Both the position numbers and the translations under genes were made by a program. Below are positions 48,000-57,286 of a stretch of 64,000 nt of DNA, one piece after another. Under the pieces are notes generated by a model. It was given only the letters and a program-made list of their open reading frames with translations. It was not told where the DNA came from and ran no database searches. Numbering within the stretch: position 1 is the first letter of the stretch; each line of letters opens with the position of its first letter. The DNA is from Elusimicrobia bacterium GWD2_63_28 (GTDB lineage: Bacteria > Elusimicrobiota > Elusimicrobia > Elusimicrobiales > UBA9959): positions 20,338-84,337 of the forward strand of contig MGUI01000015.1 of assembly GCA_001799895.1 (NCBI GenBank), written 5' to 3'.

Positions 48000-48093
48000 G
48001 GGGACGCTGATGACTATATGACTATTTGCCGTGCCATAAGAGGCTAACGCGCGGCCTGGAAGCCGCAATAGTCATATAGTCATCAGCGTCCCC
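48000..48093. repeat. Palindromic intergenic element B: 27-bp perfect inverted repeat with 40-nt loop
   Basis: GGGGACGCTGATGACTATATGACTATT (48000-48026) pairs perfectly with AATAGTCATATAGTCATCAGCGTCCCC (48067-48093). A further TGACTATA copy lies at 48094-48101. Confidence 0.85.
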
Positions 48094-48100
48094 TGACTAT

Positions 48101-48124
48101 AAAAAAACCGCGCTGCCGCGGCTT
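48101..48124 (-). terminator. Rho-independent terminator of the amylase gene
   Basis: Minus strand reads AAGCCGCG-GCAG-CGCGG followed by TTTTTTT (plus-strand A7 at 48101-07). It lies 21 nt after the stop at 48145. Confidence 0.7.
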
Positions 48125-48144
48125 GCAGTCAGAGCTAGGGAGGC

Positions 48145-49383
48145 CTATTTCGTCCAGACGGCGTAGGCGGGGCCCTCCGCCGCCAGCTTCCAGCCCTGGC
48201 CGGGGTTCCAGGGCTTGTCCCCCAGTTTCATGGCTACCTTGCCGTCTATGGAGGCGGCGTAAAGGCCCCTTTCGGCCTTTACGATGTCCGCCTTGCTGGA
48301 GGCCGTGAGGCCGGCGGCGCGGCGCAGCTTTATCAGCGCCGAGAGCTTGTCCTTGAGCCCCCAGTCGAAGAAATGCGGCCAGTAGACGCAGGGAATGCCC
48401 GGGTGCGTGAGGATATAGGCGTAGCCGGCCAGCACCTTGTCCGAAGGGAAAGGCCAGGCCCGCCCCTGTATGCTGCCGGAGGGGCTGGGCCCGGTGTCGT
48501 GGTTGTCTATGAAAGTAACGGCGTTGGCGGGCCACCAGCCTATCAGGCCCGCGGGCTGCCGGTGCTCGTCGGCAAGGCGCCAGTATTCGCCCGACTGCAC
48601 CGCGGCCTGCAGTATGCCCTTGGTGGTAAAATCGAAGACCTTGATCTCGCCGTTCACGGCGTCCATCCAGTCGCAGGAGGCCTGGCGGTGCGCGTCGGTG
48701 TTGTTCTGGTCGAAATCGTCCCAGATCTCCGCCACGGCGAAGGAGGCGCCGCTGGCCCTGTTGTAGTCCAGCATATAGGCCGGCGAAAAGCCCCGGGCGT
48801 AGTCGTAGCGCCAGCCGTCGAAGCCCGCGTCGCGCAGCGAGGCCAGCCAGCCCTTCACCGACTCCCGCACGTATTTTTTGGTATGGTCTATGTCGCGGGC
48901 CGCGTGGAAACCTTTGCCCGTATCGGCCGCGCCCTGGCCCTTGCCCCACTCGTCGTCGGAGCAGACCGAATCTGCGCCCCAGGCCGGCGCGCTGAAATCC
49001 GCCCAGTCCTTTACCCCCACGCGGTGGTTCACCACCACGTCGGCTATCACGCGAAGCCCGGCGCCGTGCAGCGCCCTGACGGCGGCGGAGAGCTGGGCGG
49101 CGGTGCCGTACGAAGAATCGAGCAGTTCCAGTTTCCTGGGCATGTAGCCTTCCGGGGCCAGGGAATCCGAAGGCGGCGGCAGCCAGACCAGGTCTATGCC
49201 GGCCCCGGATAGCTCGCGGGCGCGGCCTTTAACCTCCCCCCACCACGGGGCTTTCTGCCAGGAGGTCCAGTGGAAACCCTGTATCATCACGGTGGTATCG
49301 CCGCCCACGGCAAACAGGGGGGCCGCCAGCCAGGACGGCAAGCTGCAAAATAAAAGCGCGGCGGCGGCAGCGTATTTCCGCAT
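48145..49383 (-). CDS. Secreted GH13 alpha-amylase
   Basis: GH13 regions DVVVNHR, GWRYDYARG, AEIWD and FIDNHDT. Signal peptide MRKYAAAAALLFCSLPSWLAAPLFA. ATG 49383 preferred over the GTG at 49386. Confidence 0.85.
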   Translation of the reverse strand: MRKYAAAAALLFCSLPSWLAAPLFAVGGDTTVMIQGFHWTSWQKAPWWGEVKGRARELSGAGIDLVWLPPPSDSLAPEGYMPRKLELLDSSYGTAAQLSAAVRALHGAGLRVIADVVVNHRVGVKDWADFSAPAWGADSVCSDDEWGKGQGAADTGKGFHAARDIDHTKKYVRESVKGWLASLRDAGFDGWRYDYARGFSPAYMLDYNRASGASFAVAEIWDDFDQNNTDAHRQASCDWMDAVNGEIKVFDFTTKGILQAAVQSGEYWRLADEHRQPAGLIGWWPANAVTFIDNHDTGPSPSGSIQGRAWPFPSDKVLAGYAYILTHPGIPCVYWPHFFDWGLKDKLSALIKLRRAAGLTASSKADIVKAERGLYAASIDGKVAMKLGDKPWNPGQGWKLAAEGPAYAVWTK

Positions 49384-49389
49384 CACTTA

Positions 49390-49418
49390 ATTTTTAGCAG
49401 ATTTATAAAGTATGTCAA
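49390..49418 (-). promoter_or_regulatory. Sigma70-type promoter immediately upstream of the amylase ATG (candidate leaderless mRNA)
   Basis: Minus strand reads TTGACA (49418-13), 17 nt, AAAAAT (49395-90), then TAAGTG, then ATG at 49383. No SD. Confidence 0.45.
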
Positions 49419-49446
49419 GGGCCCATGGGGAACGGGCCGGGGGACT

Positions 49447-50499
49447 TCAGGCGAGTTTCTTGCGCAGGAATTCGGCGCGGAAAGCGTCGCGCGCGGCGGG
49501 GTTCAGCTCCCGCCCCGCGGCGGCCTGTATATGGGCGGGCTGCATCAGCAGCGTCACCTGGTTGAACGTGCTGAAATCCAGGCCCATGTTCCAGCCCATG
49601 GCGGCCCCCATGCGGGCCAGCGAGACGTTCTGCATGAACTCCTCGTAGGAGAGCGTGCGGGCGTGCTTGAGCAGGCCCAGCGCGCGGTAGACGGCGTCCT
49701 CAGTCTTCACCTTCAGCGGCCCCTTCAGCAGCTCCTCCCGGGCGGCTATCTCCTGCCGTATCAGGTTGCGGATCACGCGGTCTATGTTCTGGCAGAAATC
49801 TTCCTCGGAGCGGCCCAGGCAGGTGGCATTGGAGATCTGGTAGAAGTCGCCCAGCACCATGGTGCCCTCGCCGTAGATGCCGCGCGCGGTGACGCTGAGG
49901 TGGGAGAGGTTTTCCAGCACCTGCGGCATGCGGCCCAGGCGCGACAGCGCCGGCAGGTGGACCAGGCAGGAAACCCGCATCCCCGTGCCGGCGTTCGTCG
50001 GGCAGGCCGTCAGGAAGCCGAAGCGGGGGCTGAAGGCGAAAGGCAGCGCCCGGCCCAGGGCCTCGTCAAGCTTCAGGGCCGCGTTCAAAGTTTCTTCTAT
50101 CGAGAAGCCGGCGCTGAGGCACTGCAGGCGCAGGTGATCTTCCTCGTTGACCATCGCCGAAAGGTCTTCGTCGTTGGAGACCGCGGCCCCGGCGGGCAGC
50201 ACCGCAGCGGCCAGCGCGTGCGAAACGTGGTGGCGCTCCACGAGGAAGCGCTTTTCGAGCGAAGAGAGGGCTTCGAACTTCAGGAAGTGGCCGCGGGAGA
50301 ACAGCCCGGTGTCTTTGACGGCCGCCAGCGCCAGCCGGCGTATCTCGCCCAGCTGCCGCGGCTCGGCGCGGTTGGGAAAAGGGAAGCCCTCCAGGTTGCG
50401 GGCGAAGCGCACCCGCGTGGAGAAGATGATGTCCGGCCAGCCGCCGCGCGCGTTGGCCCAGGTGACATAGGGGCGGAAGGTCTTCAGGGCTTCAGCCAT
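49447..50499 (-). CDS. mcsB: Protein arginine kinase (ATP:guanido phosphotransferase)
   Basis: 350 aa. NEEDHLRLQ and CPTNAGTGMRVS signature motifs of guanidino kinases/McsB. Confidence 0.85.
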   Translation of the reverse strand: MAEALKTFRPYVTWANARGGWPDIIFSTRVRFARNLEGFPFPNRAEPRQLGEIRRLALAAVKDTGLFSRGHFLKFEALSSLEKRFLVERHHVSHALAAAVLPAGAAVSNDEDLSAMVNEEDHLRLQCLSAGFSIEETLNAALKLDEALGRALPFAFSPRFGFLTACPTNAGTGMRVSCLVHLPALSRLGRMPQVLENLSHLSVTARGIYGEGTMVLGDFYQISNATCLGRSEEDFCQNIDRVIRNLIRQEIAAREELLKGPLKVKTEDAVYRALGLLKHARTLSYEEFMQNVSLARMGAAMGWNMGLDFSTFNQVTLLMQPAHIQAAAGRELNPAARDAFRAEFLRKKLA

Positions 50500-51007
50500 G
50501 CCGGCCCTCCAGCAGCTTCAGCTCGTCGCGCAGGCGGGCCGCCCCTTCGAAATCTTCTTTCGCCACCGCCTGCTTGAGGGCGGCGCGCAGCTCTTCCAGG
50601 CGGCGGGCGATCTCCGCGTTGGAAAGCTTGAGGGCGGGCCCGCCGGAGTAGGCGCGCCCGGCGTGCTGGGCCGCGCCGTGTATGCGCGACATCAGCTCGG
50701 CCAGCTGCGGCTCGAAGCTTCCGTAGCAGGCGGGGCAGCCCAGCCGGCCGCTCTCTTTGAACTCCGAGTATTTGAGGCCGCAGCCCCCGCAGCGCAGCGT
50801 CTTCTTTTCCGGCGGCAGGAAATCCTTAAAATAGCCGCTCATGTTGCCTACGATGTCGGAGATGTTGAACGCCCCGGTCTCGAGGCCGAAGCCCATGCCC
50901 TTCTTGGCGGCGCAGGCGGTGCACAGGTGCAGTTCCTTCACCTTGTTGTTGACCGCCACCTTCAGGAAGACGGAGGCGTTATGGCTGCGGCAGTCTTCAC
51001 ACAGCAT
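50492..51007 (-). CDS. mcsA: McsA-like activator with two zinc-ribbon motifs and a UVR domain
   Basis: 171 aa. CEDC..CTAC and CGGC..CPAC pairs, plus a C-terminal UVR-like LKQAVAKEDFEGAARLRDELKLLE. Overlaps the mcsB start. Confidence 0.75.
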   Translation of the reverse strand: MLCEDCRSHNASVFLKVAVNNKVKELHLCTACAAKKGMGFGLETGAFNISDIVGNMSGYFKDFLPPEKKTLRCGGCGLKYSEFKESGRLGCPACYGSFEPQLAELMSRIHGAAQHAGRAYSGGPALKLSNAEIARRLEELRAALKQAVAKEDFEGAARLRDELKLLEGRHG

Positions 51008-51662
51008 TCAGCTTGCCCCCGCCCATGTGCAGGGTCCTGTCGGCGCGTCGGGCGGCCTCTTCGTTGTGCGTAACCATCAGCACGGCGGCGCCCAGGCCGG
51101 CGGCGGCCCGCAGGTCGTCCATGATCACGCCGGAATTGTGGCGGTCCAGGTTGCCGGTCGGCTCGTCGGCTATCAGCAGGGCGGGGCCGTTGCGCAGCGC
51201 GCGCAGCATGGCGGCGCGCTGCTTTTCCCCGCCGGAGATCTCCCGCGGCAGCTTGCCGGCTATCTCTTCCAGGCCGAAGCGCCGCAGCAGTTCGAGCCCC
51301 GCGGCCGGGTCGCCCTTGCCAAGCACGCGCGCCGGCATCTCGATGTTCTCGAGCACGGTGAACTCCGGCAGCAGCGAGTCGAATTGGAAGACGAAGCCTA
51401 TGTTTTCCAGGCGCAGCACCGCCTTGGCGGCCTCGCCCAGATCCTCCAGCTTGCGGCCGAAGAGCTTTATCTCGCCGCTATAGACGTCGTCGAGCAAACC
51501 TACGATATTGAGGAAAGTGGACTTGCCGGAGCCGGAGGGACCCACGATGGAGACGAACTCCCCCTTCGAGATGTGGAAATCGAGCCCCTCCAGCACGAGT
51601 ATCTGTTCGTGCCCCTGCGTATAGGCCTTGCTCAGCCCGGAGATCTCCACGATCTTATCCAT
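50997..51662 (-). CDS. lolD: Lipoprotein-releasing system ATP-binding protein (LolD-like ABC ATPase)
   Basis: 221 aa. GPSGSGKST, ISGGEKQRAAMLRAL and LIADEPTGNLD. Adjacent to the LolC/E-like permease. Confidence 0.8.
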   Translation of the reverse strand: MDKIVEISGLSKAYTQGHEQILVLEGLDFHISKGEFVSIVGPSGSGKSTFLNIVGLLDDVYSGEIKLFGRKLEDLGEAAKAVLRLENIGFVFQFDSLLPEFTVLENIEMPARVLGKGDPAAGLELLRRFGLEEIAGKLPREISGGEKQRAAMLRALRNGPALLIADEPTGNLDRHNSGVIMDDLRAAAGLGAAVLMVTHNEEAARRADRTLHMGGGKLNAV

Positions 51663-52884
51663 AGCGTATCGCGTCCATCGGGCTCACCTTGGAGGCCCTC
51701 ACCGCCGGGATGACGGCGCTCAGCATGCAGAGCAGGTAGCTGCCCGCGGCGGTGCCGAGGATATTTATCAGCTTCAGCTCCACGGGCACCTTGGTCACAT
51801 AATAGATGTCCGCCGGCAGCTCCACCACGGGGTAGATGGAGATGAACACCGAGAGCCCCACGCCCAGCGCCACGCCGATGGTTATGCCGGTCAGGGCGAT
51901 CAGGTTGCCCTCCCACAGGAAAACGCGGCGGATGAAGCCGGGGCTGGCGCCCATCGCCCGCAGGATGCCGATGTCGCGCAGCTTCTCCATGCTCATCATC
52001 AGCAGGTTGGAGGCGATGTTGAAAACGGCCACCAGGATTATCAGCCCCAGCACCAGCGACATCACGAACTTCTCCAGCTTCAGCGCGGCGAAAAGGGTCT
52101 GGTTCATGTCGGCGTAGGTCTTGACCGTGTAGGCGAAGCCCAGCGCCTTGCGCAGCGCGGCGGCCGTTTCCGGCGCGGCCTTGATGTCCTTGAGCCGCAC
52201 CCCTACCCCGTTGGCCCCGCCGGGGAAGCCGAAGAACTCCCCGGCCGCGGAGCGCGAGCAGTACGCCATGGTATTGTCGAATTCGAAATAGCCGGTGCGC
52301 ACCAGGCCGGCCACCCGGAACTTCTTCATCTTCGGCAGCAGGCCCAGGCCCATCGAGGCCGAGCCCTGCGGCGAGACCAGCACGGCGTCGTCGCCGGTCC
52401 AGAGGCCCAGGTTCTTGGCCAACTCCTCGCCGAGCACTATGGCCGGCGGCTCGCCCTTGACGGGTTTTTCCAGGGCGTCCCAGGAGCCCCGGGTGAGGGA
52501 GGTCTTCAGGCTGTTGACCGAGAATTCGGCGGCGGGATCGAAGCCCTTGACCACCGCGCCCGTGGAGCGGTTGTCAAAGGTGAGTATGCCCTGGCCCAGC
52601 ACGAAAGGCGATTCCGCGGCCAGGCGGCCGTCGCGCCCGAAGGCCGCGCGCACCACTTCCAGGTCGCGGGGCTGCATGCGGCCGTAGATGGTGATATGCG
52701 CCTGCGCGTCGATAATTTTCTTCTTGATGTCGGACTGGAAGCCGTCCATGATAGCCAGCGTCACTATCAGCGCGGCCACGCCCAGCGCCACGCCGGCCAC
52801 GCCGATGAAGGTGGTGATCATGGCGAAGAGGCCCTTCCTCTTCGCCAGCAGGTAGCGGCGGGCTATGAAGAATTCTGTGGACAT
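51655..52884 (-). CDS. Lipoprotein-releasing system permease (LolC/LolE family, FtsX-like)
   Basis: 409 aa. N-terminal FIARRYLLAKRK, a periplasmic MacB-like domain, and a C-terminal FtsX TM bundle. Confidence 0.8.
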   Translation of the reverse strand: MSTEFFIARRYLLAKRKGLFAMITTFIGVAGVALGVAALIVTLAIMDGFQSDIKKKIIDAQAHITIYGRMQPRDLEVVRAAFGRDGRLAAESPFVLGQGILTFDNRSTGAVVKGFDPAAEFSVNSLKTSLTRGSWDALEKPVKGEPPAIVLGEELAKNLGLWTGDDAVLVSPQGSASMGLGLLPKMKKFRVAGLVRTGYFEFDNTMAYCSRSAAGEFFGFPGGANGVGVRLKDIKAAPETAAALRKALGFAYTVKTYADMNQTLFAALKLEKFVMSLVLGLIILVAVFNIASNLLMMSMEKLRDIGILRAMGASPGFIRRVFLWEGNLIALTGITIGVALGVGLSVFISIYPVVELPADIYYVTKVPVELKLINILGTAAGSYLLCMLSAVIPAVRASKVSPMDAIRYG

Positions 52885-52939
52885 AAACCGGGAACTTGCG
52901 TGCCGCAGGCGCGCGGGGCGGTTGTCCGCCCCGGCAGCC

Positions 52940-54444
52940 CTACGGCTTCGCTGGCTCGCTCTCCGAAGGGCGCAGCAGCGGGAACAGTATGACCTCGCGG
53001 ATGGAGGGCTTGCCGTTCATCAGCATGCACAGGCGGTCGATGCCGATACCGATGCCGCCCATCGGGGGCATGCCGTATTCCATCGCCTCTATGAAATCCT
53101 TGTCGAGGATGTCGGCCTCGCCGTTGTTCTCTTCCTGCTGCTGGCGCAGCTGCTCCACCAGGCGGCTCTTCTGGTCCTCGGGATCGTTCAGCTCGGAGTA
53201 GGCGTTGGCTATCTCCTCGGTGCCGGCGAAGAACTCGAAGCGCTCCACCAGGCTCTCGTCGCCGGCCTTGCACTTGGCCAGCGGGGTAATGGCCGTGGGA
53301 TAATCCATCACGAAGGTGGGCTGCACCAGCGCGCCCAGGATCTTCTCGTCCATGATGCGGTCAAAGATCTTGGCGGAGGTGGTGTCGGCGCCGCACTCCA
53401 CGTGCAGCTTCTTGGCCAGGGCGATCAGGTTGGGCCGGTTGAAGCCCTTGCCCTTGAGCACCTCGTGGATGTCCTCGCCGGTCTTCTCCTTCCAGGCGTC
53501 GGGCAGGCTGAGGCGCCTGAAGGGCGGCTTCAGGTTGATGGTGTTGCCGTTGTATTCGATGGTCTCGGAGCCTATGGTCTTGATGCAGCGCTCGAAGACG
53601 CTCTCGACGAATTCGGCCATGCCGTTGTAGTCGGAGTAGGCGATGTAGGCCTCGAGCGTGGTGAACTCGGGGTTGTGGCGGGTGTCCACGCCCTCGTTGC
53701 GGAACACGCGGCCTATCTCGTAGGCGCCGTCGAAGCCGCCGATCAGCAGCTTCTTGAGCGGCAGCTCGGTGGCGATGCGCATGTACAGCTCGTAGCGGTA
53801 GGCGTTGTGGAAGGTGATGAAGGGGCGGGCGTTGGCGCCGCCGGCCTGCGCGCAGAGCACCGGGGTCTCCACCTCGAGGCAGCCGCGGCCGTTGAGCTCT
53901 TCGCGGATGGCGGCCACTATCCGGGCGCGGCGCACGAAGATGGCGCGGGTCTCGTCGTTGGAGATCAGGTCCAGGTAGCGCTCGCGGTAGCGGGCCTCGG
54001 CGTCGGTCAGCCCGTGGAACTTCTCGGGCAGCGGCCGCACGCTCTTGGACAGCACGGTCAGCCTGGCCGCGTCCACGGTCAGCTCCCCGGTCTTGGTGAC
54101 GAACATCTTGCCCTCCACGCCGAGGAAGTCCCCGACGTGCATCTGCTTCTTGAAGATCTCGTAGGCCTCTTCGCCCACGGAATCCCGCTTCACGTAGATC
54201 TGCAGCTTGCCGGTGCCGTCCTTGAGGTGGGCGAAGGTGGCCTTGCCCATCACGCGCATCAGCACCATGCGGCCGGCTATGGTCACGGGCGTATCGGGCG
54301 GCAGCGCGGCGGCTTCCGCTATCTTATGCGTCGGCTTGAAGCGGTGGGGGAACGGGTCGATGCCCTTCTCCCGGATCGCCTTGATCTTGGCGTAGTTGTT
54401 GGCGACTATTTCGTTGATGCCTGAATTAGGGGTAGGTGTTTCGT

Positions 54445-54448
<4 letters not shown>
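52940..54448 (-). CDS. lysS: Lysine--tRNA ligase (class II)
   Basis: 502 aa. An OB anticodon-binding domain plus class II motifs (FRNEG, GGIGIGIDRL). Canonical LysS along its full length. Confidence 0.95.
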
Positions 54449-54828
<380 letters not shown>

Positions 54829-55019
54829 AAGTCTCCTGTTGTCGTCAGCGCCTGCCCCGCCATTTATACGCGGGGATAAAGATAGAGTATTTTACAAGAA
54901 AAGAAGTCCTCATAACAAGCGGGGAGCCGCGCGGGCGAGCGGCGGGGGGCGGCCCTTCCTTTCAGGGGCGGCTCCAAATATGTAAAATAAAACCGGAAGC
55001 ATTTCAACGGAGGCCCACC

Positions 55020-55496
55020 ATGGCTATTGAAAGGACACTGGTACTGGTAAAACCCGACGGCATGCAGCGCCACCTGGCCGGCCTGGCCATAGACCGCCTG
55101 GAGAACACCCACCTGGAGCTGGTGGGGGCCAAGATCGCCACGGTCACCGACGCGCTGGCCAGGGAGCACTACGCCCTGCTCGAGGGCAAAGGGCCTTTCA
55201 CGGACAAGAAGCTGTTCGAGCACCTGATCAATTTCATAAAGGGCGAATACCACGGCGACCCCAAGCGCAGGGTGATGGCCCTGGTCTACCAGGGCGAGAA
55301 CGCCGTGCAGGGCATCCGCGCCGCCGTAGGCGTGACCAACCCCGAGGACGCCTCCCCGGACACCATCCGCGGCGCCTTCGGCCGCATCTGCCGCAAGCAC
55401 GGCTACTTCGAGAACGTCGTGCACGCCTCCGGCAATATCGAGGAAGCGGACCGCGAGATCAAGATCTGGTTCAAGCCCGAAGAACTCCTGAAGTGA
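55020..55496 (+). CDS. ndk: Nucleoside diphosphate kinase
   Basis: 158 aa. ERTLVLVKPDG, TIRGAFG and NVVHASGN (catalytic His retained, variant of HGSD). ACGGAGG SD. Confidence 0.85.
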   Translation: MAIERTLVLVKPDGMQRHLAGLAIDRLENTHLELVGAKIATVTDALAREHYALLEGKGPFTDKKLFEHLINFIKGEYHGDPKRRVMALVYQGENAVQGIRAAVGVTNPEDASPDTIRGAFGRICRKHGYFENVVHASGNIEEADREIKIWFKPEELLK

Positions 55497-55500
55497 GCCT

Positions 55501-56376
55501 ATGAGCCGCAAAACCCACCTCCTGGCCGCGCTGGCCCTCTGCGCCGCGGTGCTGCCCCCCCTCCCCGCTTCGGCGCAGGAGCGGGAAGAGGAGCGCGTCA
55601 CGCTGACCGCGGAGGACGGTTGGAACCTGGGGGCGCGCTACCTGAAGGCGGCCCCGGGCGCACCGACGGTGGTCCTGATACACACCCAGAAAAGCGACCT
55701 GAACGAATGGGAGCCCTGGCTGAAGCCCCTGAAGCGCTACGGCTTCGGCTACCTGGCCATGGACCTGCGCGGCCACGGCAACAGCTTCGTAAAGCCCGAC
55801 GGCTCCACCACCACCTGGCGCGCCTTCAGCCTGAGCGGCTCCGACAACGAATACAACAAGATGCTGCGCGACGTGGAAGCCGCGCTGGCCTTCCTCTCCA
55901 CCAACTCGGTTACCGGGGACCAGACCGTGCTGGCCGGCTCCGTGCTGGGGGCCAACCTGGCGATAAAGACGGCCGCGATACACCCGGAGATCTCCATGGT
56001 GGTGGCCGTCTCGCCGGTGCTGAACGTCAACGACGTGCTGTCCGTGAACCCGCTGCGCGCCTACGGCCGCAGGCCCATCCTGCTCATCGGCGGGGCGGAC
56101 AGGGCGCGGCAGTACACCGAGCTGCAGATCCTCAACAGCACGGCCAGGATAGCGTGCGGCACGGGCAACGTTTCAGTGATCATAGAGGCCCGGGGCTTCG
56201 GCCCGGGGCTGGTGAACAAGTATAACGTGCGCCGGGTGCTGGACTGGATAAAGAACCCGCGCCTGCCGGAGGTGGTGGCGTATTCCACCGCCGCCATCGC
56301 CGGACTGCTGTCCGGAGCTACCGAACAGATCGCGGCGCCCGAAGACGGCGCCATGCAGGACTACGCCGGGGAATGA
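55501..56376 (+). CDS. Secreted alpha/beta-fold hydrolase
   Basis: 291 aa. Signal peptide, and a nucleophile-elbow-like AGSVLGAN (GxSxG). Dienelactone hydrolase/peptidase S9-like layout. Confidence 0.55.
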   Translation: MSRKTHLLAALALCAAVLPPLPASAQEREEERVTLTAEDGWNLGARYLKAAPGAPTVVLIHTQKSDLNEWEPWLKPLKRYGFGYLAMDLRGHGNSFVKPDGSTTTWRAFSLSGSDNEYNKMLRDVEAALAFLSTNSVTGDQTVLAGSVLGANLAIKTAAIHPEISMVVAVSPVLNVNDVLSVNPLRAYGRRPILLIGGADRARQYTELQILNSTARIACGTGNVSVIIEARGFGPGLVNKYNVRRVLDWIKNPRLPEVVAYSTAAIAGLLSGATEQIAAPEDGAMQDYAGE

Positions 56377-57284
56377 CAATGAAAAAGAACGACGCTTTCG
56401 ACAGGTACTCCAAGCTGCCCACCGAGCAGAACAACCCGCGCACGCGCGACCTGGACCGACTGCCGCTGCGGCGCGTGCTGGAGAAGCTGAATTACGAGGA
56501 CGCGCTCGTGCACCGGGCCGTGGCCAAGGCCATACCGCAGATAGAGCGGGCCGCGCGGGCGATCTCAAAATCCTACCTCGCCGGCAAAAAGATCTATTTC
56601 ATCGGCGCGGGCACCAGCGGCCGCCTCGGCGTGCTGGAAGCCGCAGAGATCCCCCCCACCTACGGCGTGGCGCCGGACGTCTTCACCGCCTTGATGGCCG
56701 GCGGCCAGATGGCGGTCTTCCATTCCAAGGAAGGGGCCGAGGACGTTTTCGAGAACGGCCGCAAGGAGATCGCGGCGCTGGCCCGCCGCGGCGACGCCGT
56801 GATAGGCATAGCCGCCAGCGGCATCACCCCTTACGTGCAGGGCGGCCTGGCCGCCGGCAAGGCGAAGGGCGCCGTGACCGTGCTGGTCACCTGCAACCCC
56901 CGCGAGAGGGCCAAAGAGGTCTCCATCCGCGTGGCCATAGACGTGGGCCCCGAGCCGGTCTCCGGCTCCACGCGCATGAAGTCCGGCACGGCCACCAAGC
57001 TGGCGCTGAACATGCTCTCCACCGCCTCCATGATAATCTCGGGCAAGGTCTACCGCAACTGGATGGTGGACGTGAAGACCACCTCCAAGAAGCTGGTGCT
57101 GCGCGCCGAGCGCATCACCGCCACCGTGGGCGGCGTAAGCCAGCCCGAGGCCCGGCGCCTGCTGGACCTCACGGGCAACGACGTGAAGACCGCCATCGTG
57201 ATGGCCCGCCTGGGCGTCTCCAAGGAAAAGGCCGCGGCGCGCATCCTAAAGGCCCGCGGCTTCCTGAAGAACATACTGGGCTGA
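56373..57284 (+). CDS. murQ: N-acetylmuramic acid 6-phosphate etherase
   Basis: 303 aa. LPTEQNNPRTRDLD, SIS GAGTSGRLG, GSTRMKSGTATK. Confidence 0.9.
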   Translation: MTMKKNDAFDRYSKLPTEQNNPRTRDLDRLPLRRVLEKLNYEDALVHRAVAKAIPQIERAARAISKSYLAGKKIYFIGAGTSGRLGVLEAAEIPPTYGVAPDVFTALMAGGQMAVFHSKEGAEDVFENGRKEIAALARRGDAVIGIAASGITPYVQGGLAAGKAKGAVTVLVTCNPRERAKEVSIRVAIDVGPEPVSGSTRMKSGTATKLALNMLSTASMIISGKVYRNWMVDVKTTSKKLVLRAERITATVGGVSQPEARRLLDLTGNDVKTAIVMARLGVSKEKAAARILKARGFLKNILG

Positions 57285-57286
57285 TC

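Noticed and set aside
52914-52933. GC hairpin CGGGGCGG-TTGT-CCGCCCCG between lysS and the LolC/E-like gene as a terminator.
   Set aside because: No U-tract on the transcribed (minus) strand, and the genes look co-transcribed. It may be a stabilising stem, but the evidence is insufficient to annotate.
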